64,000 nt of DNA from a virus (taxonomy: Duplodnaviria > Caudoviricetes): positions 128,001 through 192,000 of the IMG/VR virus record IMGVR_UViG_3300011242_000002. One strand, written 5' to 3'. Made by a program: the position numbers and the translations under genes. Shown here one piece after another: positions 47,344-54,522 of this stretch; the stretch's first letter is position 1, and each line of letters begins with the position of its first letter. The notes below the pieces were generated by a model, which was not told where the DNA came from, made no database searches, and saw only the letters and a list, made by a program, of their open reading frames with translations.

Positions 47344-47565
47344 GTGCATACAACAAAAATAAAGTACCATCAAAGAAACGGCAGTGGCTGCTATTCACTG
47401 AATGGCAAACCGTTATCTATTGAGGACGAACAACATTATCAGGTAGAGATGCGCCGCGCCAGGGAACTCTACCACATCCACAAGAAGTTCATCGATGGAC
47501 TCCCACAGTGGATCAAATCACTGGGTAAACGCTTTAACATCAAAGCGCTTACGCAGTACCTTTAA
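47344..47565 (+). CDS. Hypothetical protein
   Basis: GTG start, 73 aa. Confidence 0.5.
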   Translation: MHTTKIKYHQRNGSGCYSLNGKPLSIEDEQHYQVEMRRARELYHIHKKFIDGLPQWIKSLGKRFNIKALTQYL

Positions 47566-47583
47566 CCAAAAGGAGACGATTCT

Positions 47584-48165
47584 ATGGCAACCATCAATTA
47601 CGATGCGATTGCGCAAGAACTCAAACGTGGTCTAATCGACAACGAAAATACAGCAGCGCACCTGTGTATGGATAAGCCCATGCTGCTAAAAGAGCTGTAT
47701 ACCTTAGCATTCGGTGGTCCACGCCAAACGGGGAAAACCAAATGGATGATCGAGCATTTAATTCGTGATCCTGATTCTCGTTTGATCGCACTCAACCTAA
47801 CCATGCGTGAAGCTATCATTCAACAGCTTTCAGCGTATGCAAGGCTTGACGAAAATCGCGAAGGTGATGAACCACGACCAGATGCTATTTGGCACGCAGG
47901 CGGGATCGGCTGGGTGCAGGTGCATAAAGAAACCGCGGAATTAATTCGTAAAGATCCTAGGGTTGTCGAGCAGGCGATGCTTCGAATTATCACGGTGCCG
48001 ATGTTGCGGACCATGATTAATCAAGACACCGTCTTGCCAATCAACATCAGCCAGATCTTTATCGACCAGCGCGTTCAGGCGTTCCAGCTGATCCGCGCTA
48101 GTAAATACTATACGTGGTTGGCCAAAGTTTCTGATAAACCTATTCTGACCTGGCTGATCGACTAA
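47584..48165 (+). CDS. P-loop NTPase-like protein
   Basis: Walker A GGPRQTGKT; Walker B-like QIFID; AAGGAG RBS. Confidence 0.65.
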   Translation: MATINYDAIAQELKRGLIDNENTAAHLCMDKPMLLKELYTLAFGGPRQTGKTKWMIEHLIRDPDSRLIALNLTMREAIIQQLSAYARLDENREGDEPRPDAIWHAGGIGWVQVHKETAELIRKDPRVVEQAMLRIITVPMLRTMINQDTVLPINISQIFIDQRVQAFQLIRASKYYTWLAKVSDKPILTWLID

Positions 48166-48190
48166 ACTAATTTGCAGGGTACGAATCAAT

Positions 48191-48513
48191 GAGTCTGGCT
48201 GATAACCAGCTCACAGCGATAATAGCTTAGACCTACGGCGCGCCCCTAAGTCCGTAATAGCCGAATGCACAAAGCACTACTGCTCATCCGGTAGGCATTC
48301 GATCGCTGAACCATTATTCGATATGACACGGCCCACACAGCCAACCGTCAAAACCAAATTGACCCTGCGGCCGCCGCCTAATATACACGTAGCCGATGCG
48401 CGAAGACGTGATGGCGTTTGAGCGGCAGGGATCATAGGCCCAGGTACGTCCTGGACCGACCTTATTAAGTTAATCGGTTCGAGTGTTGCCATCCTAGCTG
48501 ACAAGGGTTCAGC
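48191..48513 (+). ncRNA. Two abutting structured RNA domains (one with an H-type pseudoknot)
   Basis: Closing stems CAGCGAT/ATCGCTG (48214-48308) and GCTGAACC/GGTTCAGC (48305-48513), each with several internal helices. Confidence 0.6.
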
Positions 48514-48528
48514 ATAACGGAGGCGAAC

Positions 48529-48828
48529 ATGAACTTATATCTGGTAGAGCGGACCGACACCGTCTGGTATGATGAGTATGTGGGTATGATCGTTGCGGCA
48601 GCGTCTGAAGATGCAGCGCGCATGATTCACCCGTCAGCATACAAACCGCTGGATAAAGCCGATGCGTTGCATTGCATAAAAGAGTCGGCGTGGTGTTTTG
48701 AGAATGATCGCAATCGTCGTAGTACGTATTGGGTGTTTTTGGAACATACATCGACTCTGCGCGTTACCCTAGTGGGAACAACGCACCTGGCTCCCTGCAT
48801 CCTGCTCTTGGATTTTAATGCCGGTTAA
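48529..48828 (+). CDS. Small phage hypothetical protein (YDEY..MIVAA.SE..AR..HP type)
   Basis: GGAGG RBS; motif typical of small phage proteins. Confidence 0.7.
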   Translation: MNLYLVERTDTVWYDEYVGMIVAAASEDAARMIHPSAYKPLDKADALHCIKESAWCFENDRNRRSTYWVFLEHTSTLRVTLVGTTHLAPCILLLDFNAG

Positions 48829-48864
48829 CTTAACGCCCGGGTAAGCCCGGGCACCTCTTCATAT

Positions 48865-48954
48865 TTGAAGCCCTGGGTCACTGCGAACTTCAACGTAGTC
48901 ACAAACATTCGCGATAATGGACTGTACGAGCTGCAGCCGTATCCAGGGCTTCAA
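48865..48954 (+). ncRNA. 90-nt three-way-junction RNA
   Basis: 14-bp closing stem TTGAAGCCCTGGGT/ATCCAGGGCTTCAA plus two internal hairpins. Confidence 0.6.
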
Positions 48955-48962
48955 TCCCAATC

Positions 48963-49062
48963 GTCCGGATAGTTTAATGAGAACAACGTCCTGGAAAGTG
49001 GTATAACTTACATGCCGCGTAATGGACGAAGGTGGATGAGGTTTGAGTCCTCCCTCCGGACA
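48963..49062 (+). ncRNA. tRNA-like element with a 32-nt expanded anticodon region (not a canonical tRNA)
   Basis: 7-bp acceptor GTCCGGA/TCCGGAC, U8A9, D stem GTTT/GAAC, stem CGTCC/GGACG, T arm GAGG-TTTGAGT-CCTC; no encoded CCA. Confidence 0.6.
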
Positions 49063-49074
49063 ACCTTTTGCTCT

Positions 49075-49172
49075 ACGTCGTACTGCCTGATGAGTTGCCG
49101 ACGTTAACTGCAACGAAACCTCGAGCAGTCTGGTCCCGCAAGGGAGTTCCAACCGGGCTGCTCTTGTCGCAG
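49075..49172 (+). ncRNA. Type I hammerhead ribozyme with pseudoknot; predicted cleavage after C49168
   Basis: CTGATGA 49087-93, stem II GTTGC/GCAAC, GAAA 49115-18, GTC 49166-68, stem I CTGC/GCAG; loop II CGACGT pairs with the 5' flank ACGTCG. Confidence 0.8.
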
Positions 49173-49205
49173 GGTTATCTCATTGACCAGGGTGTCTCGA
49201 GCTAA

Positions 49206-49310
49206 CGCAGCCTACTGACTATTTGAAATTACTACCGGGTTCTTTGGAATAGTCAGCGGGATGCGGTAATTTGACCGGTTACCTGTATCAGCATCGCAGG
49301 GGTGCGATGT
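49206..49310 (+). ncRNA. Structured RNA downstream of the ribozyme cut, possibly pseudoknotted
   Basis: CTGACTATT/AATAGTCAG stem; loop AAATTAC complementary to GTAATTT 49266-72; GCATCGCA/TGCGATGT hairpin. Confidence 0.5.
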
Positions 49311-49347
49311 ACGGTTCATGTTCTTGTGTTGAGTAGATGTAGCGGCT

Positions 49348-49384
49348 AAAACCCCGGGGCTAAACACCTCGGGGTTTTATGCCG
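49348..49384 (+). terminator. Terminator with TTATGCCG closing the RNA island
   Basis: AAAACCCCGGGG...CCTCGGGGTTTT stem. Confidence 0.8.
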
Positions 49385-49421
49385 GTTAAAAGCCAAATGC
49401 ATAATGCAGTTAATTTCAAAT

Positions 49422-49439
49422 CTATATTACCGCAGTGAT
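49422..49439 (+). promoter_or_regulatory. Early promoter (TATATTAC 49423-49430)
   Basis: CTATATTAC-CGCA-GTG with AATTTCAAA upstream. Confidence 0.8.
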
Positions 49440-49480
49440 AGATGTAAATAAACCCCCTTCTTCGTTCAGGAGATACCGCT

Positions 49481-49708
49481 ATGTTAATCCATTTTCTGCT
49501 GTACGGTTTTATGTTAAGCATGCTCGGCCTGGTAGGTATCCCATTGTTTGTGATGTACCGTCAAGTACTGGCCAAGCGCTACAACGTCAAACGCATTCAA
49601 CGTCTGTTGGCTGAGTACAGCCACAATGATGAATTACACACTTACGCGAAAGCCGAACTGGCTGACGCCAAGAAACGCCCGTTCTGGAAATGGAACATCC
49701 ACGCCTAA
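49481..49708 (+). CDS. Small membrane protein
   Basis: N-terminal hydrophobic helix; AGGAG RBS. Confidence 0.7.
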   Translation: MLIHFLLYGFMLSMLGLVGIPLFVMYRQVLAKRYNVKRIQRLLAEYSHNDELHTYAKAELADAKKRPFWKWNIHA

Positions 49709-49719
49709 GGAGTACACCC

Positions 49720-49926
49720 ATGTTTATTAAAGTCACTAACGATACTAGCGATAACGTCGCCCGCATTATGGCCAAGCAGGTTACGACCTGGGAGTACATG
49801 GACAGCAACCGGATGCGGGTGTTTACCACCGATGGCCATCAAATGGATATCAAGTGTGATATCGATAATTTTGATGACGCTATCCACCGTGCACTGAACG
49901 GTGAAGTCGTGGACATCACTTACTAA
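49720..49926 (+). CDS. Hypothetical protein
   Basis: TAAGGAG RBS before ATG 49720. Confidence 0.7.
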   Translation: MFIKVTNDTSDNVARIMAKQVTTWEYMDSNRMRVFTTDGHQMDIKCDIDNFDDAIHRALNGEVVDITY

Positions 49927-49977
49927 CCCACAATTACCGATCTGCAATCTAACCCTTAACCTGTTGGAGTATTAAAA

Positions 49978-50358
49978 ATGGCTTTAAGCAAGAAATCCCT
50001 GAAACGTCGCAACTGTCGCAACTACATTAACAAAACACCATACTTGTTAGTTCTCTCAGCAGTGCTGCGTATGAATGAAGCAGCTAAAGCATATAACTTA
50101 ACGGCTCAACAGGGTCTTAGCAGTAAACACCATCCAGAACAGGCTTTCCGTGATGCAGTTAGACTGCGCCGTGCGGGGTTGTGGGATGAGTACAGTAAAG
50201 CAAAAACAGAGCTCCACAAGTACCGTCGTAAGTACGGGACTGAGTTCACCAAAAAGATTGCTCTTAGTGTTGACATTGCGGCCGCACGTAATCTGGAAGC
50301 TAATCGGATTGGTTTGAATAAACCCGGCTGGATACGCAAGAAGATTACCAATGTGTAA
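49978..50358 (+). CDS. Basic hypothetical protein
   Basis: K/R-rich; GGAG RBS. Confidence 0.7.
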   Translation: MALSKKSLKRRNCRNYINKTPYLLVLSAVLRMNEAAKAYNLTAQQGLSSKHHPEQAFRDAVRLRRAGLWDEYSKAKTELHKYRRKYGTEFTKKIALSVDIAAARNLEANRIGLNKPGWIRKKITNV

Positions 50359-50423
50359 TTTCTAACTAATACAGCCATATGTCATGGCTATCTACGACCA
50401 ATAATTGTAAAAGGAGTTAGACC

Positions 50424-51014
50424 ATGACAACAATGGTAGTAAACCCTGAGCACCAAGAACAAGTAGACACCGCAGTTCAACGTTTAGCACACAAGCTCAG
50501 ACTGGAACTTAACCTTGACAAACCGGAGTATGAGGCAATCATGGAATCGAAAGAAGCGTTCTCACGTATTCGCCAACTTCTCATGGCAATGTGTGAACTG
50601 TACGCGCTCAAAGAAGAGCTGTGGCAGGAAGTGACCAGTCTGGGCGCTAACCTTACGACCGAGCGCATTGCTATTTTAGACAGCCGTCATCAGCCAATTA
50701 ATGAAACCATCTATCAGCGGATCATTGAGATCAACTACCTCACCCGCTACCTGAGCGCTGAGCAGTTAAATGACGTAGATGGTTACATTGATCAGATTCA
50801 ACCGCAGCTTCAGCGCTGCGTGCCGCGCATGAGCAAACCCACCCACCTTTTTGGGAGCCCGTATGACGACCCTCAAACCTGGTACCAGCCTTGCCGCTGC
50901 CAGCTTTCAACAGCTGTTGAACGCGCGGCGTCAGACGTTATCGCCGTCACTGCCGAAAGCTGGGCCGTCGCCCCAGACACAAAGCGTCGAACGCGTACTC
51001 CAAAGTTTGCTTGA
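50424..51014 (+). CDS. Hypothetical protein
   Basis: AAGGAG RBS. Confidence 0.7.
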   Translation: MTTMVVNPEHQEQVDTAVQRLAHKLRLELNLDKPEYEAIMESKEAFSRIRQLLMAMCELYALKEELWQEVTSLGANLTTERIAILDSRHQPINETIYQRIIEINYLTRYLSAEQLNDVDGYIDQIQPQLQRCVPRMSKPTHLFGSPYDDPQTWYQPCRCQLSTAVERAASDVIAVTAESWAVAPDTKRRTRTPKFA

Positions 51015-51064
51015 CCAACGCACCCTTAACCGTTCTGTATAACTTGACATGTGAGACCTAAATT

Positions 51065-51487
51065 ATGAAAAGCAAAGTAACCGTCGCCGTTGGCTATAAT
51101 CCCCTGACTAACCGCATGTGGGTCGCCAGCCAAATCATCGACCTGGTAAAGTCCGGCACTGCCGATATCTATGTCATCAATTCCGATGAACGTATTGCCG
51201 GTGACGTCTTGGCCACCGTACGCGAAATGACCAAGGACGACCTTGAGTACCAGCAACACATCAGTCAGCACAACATCCAGATCCACCCGATGTCGCCCGA
51301 GCAGATTGATGAGCTGGACGATGCTAAACCGGCTGGCCGAGGCGCTATTCTTGCCAACAGCATCTTCTCTATCCCGCTGCGCACATTGACCAAGCTGACC
51401 AAACACAACATGCCGGTGTATATCGGTTCCACCCCGGCGCAGCTGAAAGGCATCGAAGGCGAAGACGTGGATCTGCGTTTCCTGTAA
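51065..51487 (+). CDS. Hypothetical protein
   Basis: 140 aa; followed by a GGCTCC-TTCG-GGAGCC terminator. Confidence 0.7.
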   Translation: MKSKVTVAVGYNPLTNRMWVASQIIDLVKSGTADIYVINSDERIAGDVLATVREMTKDDLEYQQHISQHNIQIHPMSPEQIDELDDAKPAGRGAILANSIFSIPLRTLTKLTKHNMPVYIGSTPAQLKGIEGEDVDLRFL

Positions 51488-51536
51488 TACCTTGGGCTCC
51501 TTCGGGAGCCTTTTCTTTTTTGCAAGGAGAACCCGT

Positions 51537-51824
51537 ATGTGTAAACTGTTTGAAGGTAAATGGGTCGTGGTCAGCGGTCTGTTCATTAACTTTGACCGTC
51601 ACCACCTCAAGAACGAGCTGTGTGCGCGTGGCGCCACGGTCTCAGCTCGCCTGGATCGACGCGTAGCCATGCTGATTGCCGGTGATGCCGCCGGACGTAA
51701 GGTAGCGGAAGCCGAGCACCTGGGCATTCGCATTGTCTATGAGAATGAACTCTTAACATTACTGGGTCGAGGTAACGATGATCAAGCTGATAAAGCGATG
51801 GATCACTACTCCCTCGCACCTTGA
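51537..51824 (+). CDS. Stand-alone BRCT-domain protein (NAD-ligase type)
   Basis: LFEGKWVVVSG...GATVS...LIAGDAAGRKV..AE.LGI.IV.E matches the LigA BRCT pattern; AAGGAG RBS. Confidence 0.8.
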   Translation: MCKLFEGKWVVVSGLFINFDRHHLKNELCARGATVSARLDRRVAMLIAGDAAGRKVAEAEHLGIRIVYENELLTLLGRGNDDQADKAMDHYSLAP

Positions 51825-52260
51825 AAGCGAGCTGCTGGCGCTGCGCAGCTGCAACGTGGAAACCGAACTGCCGCGCCTGGTGGTGGAAGACACTCACGCC
51901 TACATTGATAAACCCAAGAATAACCTTTACCCCACCATCGATTTTGTTATGGAGGATTATTACGCCAGTATCTTCAAATATGCACGAACCCTGGCAGTCC
52001 TTCGTTGCGACGTCGCCGATGTCTACCCAGATGGTTGCTCATCGCGTAGGGCCATTGCCCGCGGCATTCAGTTCTGGCACGACGATGGTCGGCAGTACAT
52101 CTACTGGGCGTGGCTTCACCCTGACCATAAAAAGAAAACCTTTGCGGCCGATCTGTTCGATGCGCTTGCGCGCCAAGGGCTTGATCGCCGCACCCTCGAT
52201 AACTTCCGCATTGATTACCGTGCCGGTCGTATCTATCAGCACCATTTACCGTTAAAATAA
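51778..52260 (+). CDS. Hypothetical protein
   Basis: GAGGT RBS; overlaps the BRCT gene end by 47 nt. Confidence 0.6.
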   Translation: MIKLIKRWITTPSHLESELLALRSCNVETELPRLVVEDTHAYIDKPKNNLYPTIDFVMEDYYASIFKYARTLAVLRCDVADVYPDGCSSRRAIARGIQFWHDDGRQYIYWAWLHPDHKKKTFAADLFDALARQGLDRRTLDNFRIDYRAGRIYQHHLPLK

Positions 52261-52272
52261 AAAGGATGTATC

Positions 52273-52854
52273 ATGAGCGCACGTGACAACAAAACCCAGT
52301 CCTGGGATTTCAAGACCGCCACCATTGGCAGCCTGACGTTGGAGCTGAAGATTCCGCAAGACCCGACCCTGATGAACGATAAAGGGAAAGTGGATCTGTC
52401 GGTGGGTCGCATCCGTAACAAAGACGGTGTGTACATCACCGACAGCATTTATCTGCCGATTGCCGATCTGTCTAACCTCATCACCGGTGTGTTCAATAAC
52501 GTCGCACTGGGTCAGCCTATCACGGCTGGGTTAAACCGCGCAGAAGTGCACGCGGAACTGTCTGAAGCAATGAAGCTTCTGAACTACAACGGGGCTTCGC
52601 AGCTGCTGCAAAACACCGGGATGGGCGGCGAGTTTGAGTTTGCTGGTAACAAGGTCTCCTACCAACGCCAGGCTTTAGGTACCACGGTGGTGACGTCGTA
52701 TAATACCCAGCTCCTCGCCACTAAAGATACCAGCGTCCGTAATGGCACCTGGACTCTACTCACCACCGATATTGAGCACGTAGGCAAAGCCGAAGACGAG
52801 TATGCGGCGTACATGGCCGCATATGCAGGCGAAGCTACGGCTAAGGTTGACTGA
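52273..52854 (+). CDS. Hypothetical protein
   Basis: AAGGA RBS. Confidence 0.75.
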   Translation: MSARDNKTQSWDFKTATIGSLTLELKIPQDPTLMNDKGKVDLSVGRIRNKDGVYITDSIYLPIADLSNLITGVFNNVALGQPITAGLNRAEVHAELSEAMKLLNYNGASQLLQNTGMGGEFEFAGNKVSYQRQALGTTVVTSYNTQLLATKDTSVRNGTWTLLTTDIEHVGKAEDEYAAYMAAYAGEATAKVD

Positions 52855-53522
52855 TGTCGGTGCTTGATGAAATCATGCCCGAGGATGAGCCGCATTCTCA
52901 GCCAAGCATCACCACCTTTGTCGACGGCGTGCCGACCTTTACCCCACGGGTAGTCGTTAAGCAGGTGTTGGATAATCTGGTGGTGGGTATCAGCAGCACG
53001 CCGGATATCACCAAAAGCCATTACACCGTGGGTGACGGGACCTTTGCCTACCACATGTTCTTTGCCCAGTCCGGCATGAGCCTGGTGGACGTGCTGGCCA
53101 TGGCGTACCGCAACGTGTTCATGTGGATTCGTCCTCAGGGGGTGAATAGCCTCTACTACGACGTCAACCCTAACCGTGATCTGGCCCTGGCCCACCTGAG
53201 TCAGGTGTTGTCGGATCTGGTGGGGTCGGATGCAAGCGAGCGGATGTATGCGGACTACCACGACGAGCGGCTGCTGGTGATTGATAAAGGCAGTGACGCC
53301 ACGTTGTACCAGATCACCCGCAGCTACGAGCGCAAGCACGATCGCCTCACGACAATGATCACCGGGTTGCCCGAGCGTTATGCGTCGCTGGCACCGGAGG
53401 AGATCTTTGAAGAAGGGGTGGTCTCCACGGTGCAGAAAACGCCGGCCTGGATTGACCCGGGTGATTTTATCCCGGGGGTGTGGACGGTGGATCCCAACGT
53501 GGACAGTGGCGAACAGTACTAA
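52854..53522 (+). CDS. Hypothetical protein
   Basis: TGATG coupling. Confidence 0.75.
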   Translation: MSVLDEIMPEDEPHSQPSITTFVDGVPTFTPRVVVKQVLDNLVVGISSTPDITKSHYTVGDGTFAYHMFFAQSGMSLVDVLAMAYRNVFMWIRPQGVNSLYYDVNPNRDLALAHLSQVLSDLVGSDASERMYADYHDERLLVIDKGSDATLYQITRSYERKHDRLTTMITGLPERYASLAPEEIFEEGVVSTVQKTPAWIDPGDFIPGVWTVDPNVDSGEQY

Positions 53523-53523
53523 G

Positions 53524-53590
53524 CGGCATAAACAAGGCGCCTCCTCTCCGTAGGGAGAGGCAGGCGGCCTTTATGCGGTTCTTTTTTTTT
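53524..53590. terminator. Bidirectional terminator
   Basis: GCCTCCTCTCC-gtag-GGAGAGGC region flanked by CGGCATAA and TTATGCGG plus a T run. Confidence 0.75.
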
Positions 53591-54438
53591 TACCGTTTCG
53601 GTGTAGCCCGGCGAATTGCCCGGTAGCGACCCAGTCGGTTGTTGTAGGCGGCGACGCGCTGCCAGCGCTCACGCAGGAAGTCCTCGTAGTTCTGTGCCGC
53701 GTCCGAGTATTCCTGAATGACCTCACGGAACGCCCCCAGCTCCACACCACCCTGAATCTGTCCCTGGTCAAGCTTGATGCGCAGCTCTTTGTAGATGTAC
53801 GCCTTGCAGGCATAGCGGGCTAACTGGGAGAACTGCGGCCAGGAGTTGTTCTTGATGTTGTTGAGCTCCGCATCGTTGCTCAACCGGCAGCGCAGCGTCA
53901 GTTGATTGGTGACGATTTGGGTTTCGTAGATGGCAATGGTGTTAAAGCCGACCAACTCACAGTTCACCAGCTGAATCTCCACCGCCGGGGCATACGACTG
54001 CAGCATGGTGGTGGTCATCATGCCGATGGCACTGGTGTGAGAGTTCTGGTTAACCGAACCGGTGTAAGAACCAATCCCGGTTCCCGGTGAGCCGTACAAC
54101 GCATCCGGGTAGCCGTACATCACCGAGAGGATTTCGGTAATGCGCAGACCACGGGTTTTTTCCTGCCCTACGCGAAACACGGTGGTGTAGTTATCGGGCT
54201 TCCAGTACTCGGTGTCGTACAGCGGAATGATGACCTCTTCCCCGCCAAACAGGTCACAGTCCTTCAACACCTTGGCGTCAAAGATCTTGTTGCGGATCAC
54301 ATCGTTTAACGATGAGTTGTACACCTGTCGGGTGCCGGTGGTGCTGTACAGCTGACGGTCGCCAAGAAAAGCCGCTTTCAGTATCTCAAGCGGAATCTCA
54401 AACAGGATGTCGGCGATCGCATTATCGACTGCGCTCAT
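53590..54438 (-). CDS. Conserved phiKZ-like (probably virion) protein
   Basis: EIPLEILKAAF and CKAYIY motifs; TAAGGAG RBS; divergent from PhuZ. Confidence 0.6.
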   Translation of the reverse strand: MSAVDNAIADILFEIPLEILKAAFLGDRQLYSTTGTRQVYNSSLNDVIRNKIFDAKVLKDCDLFGGEEVIIPLYDTEYWKPDNYTTVFRVGQEKTRGLRITEILSVMYGYPDALYGSPGTGIGSYTGSVNQNSHTSAIGMMTTTMLQSYAPAVEIQLVNCELVGFNTIAIYETQIVTNQLTLRCRLSNDAELNNIKNNSWPQFSQLARYACKAYIYKELRIKLDQGQIQGGVELGAFREVIQEYSDAAQNYEDFLRERWQRVAAYNNRLGRYRAIRRATPKR

Positions 54439-54522
54439 GGGTGCTCCTTAGTAATGCGTAACTATGGCAACAATATATATGTTGCAGCTAACCTATCATA
54501 GAAATTTAACAGGAGTTTAGAC

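Noticed and set aside
47584-48165. Second terminase (PRQTGK shared with TerL)
   Set aside because: Only 193 aa with no nuclease domain; kept as a generic P-loop protein.
48221-48300. Pistol, twister or HDV-like ribozyme
   Set aside because: A pseudoknot is present, but I could not match the conserved cores or topology of these classes.
48963-49062. Canonical tRNA gene
   Set aside because: No 7-nt anticodon loop, D loop lacks GG, T loop reads TTT rather than TTC, no CCA; reported as tRNA-like only.
49038-49130. Alternative hammerhead registers (type III using GAGGTT at 49038, or cleavage at GTC 49128-30)
   Set aside because: Neither allows stem I to form next to the cleavage site; only GTC 49166-68 does.
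51821-52255. Alternative-frame 144-aa ORF overlapping 51778-52260
   Set aside because: TTG start without an RBS; the 51778 frame has the better RBS and composition.
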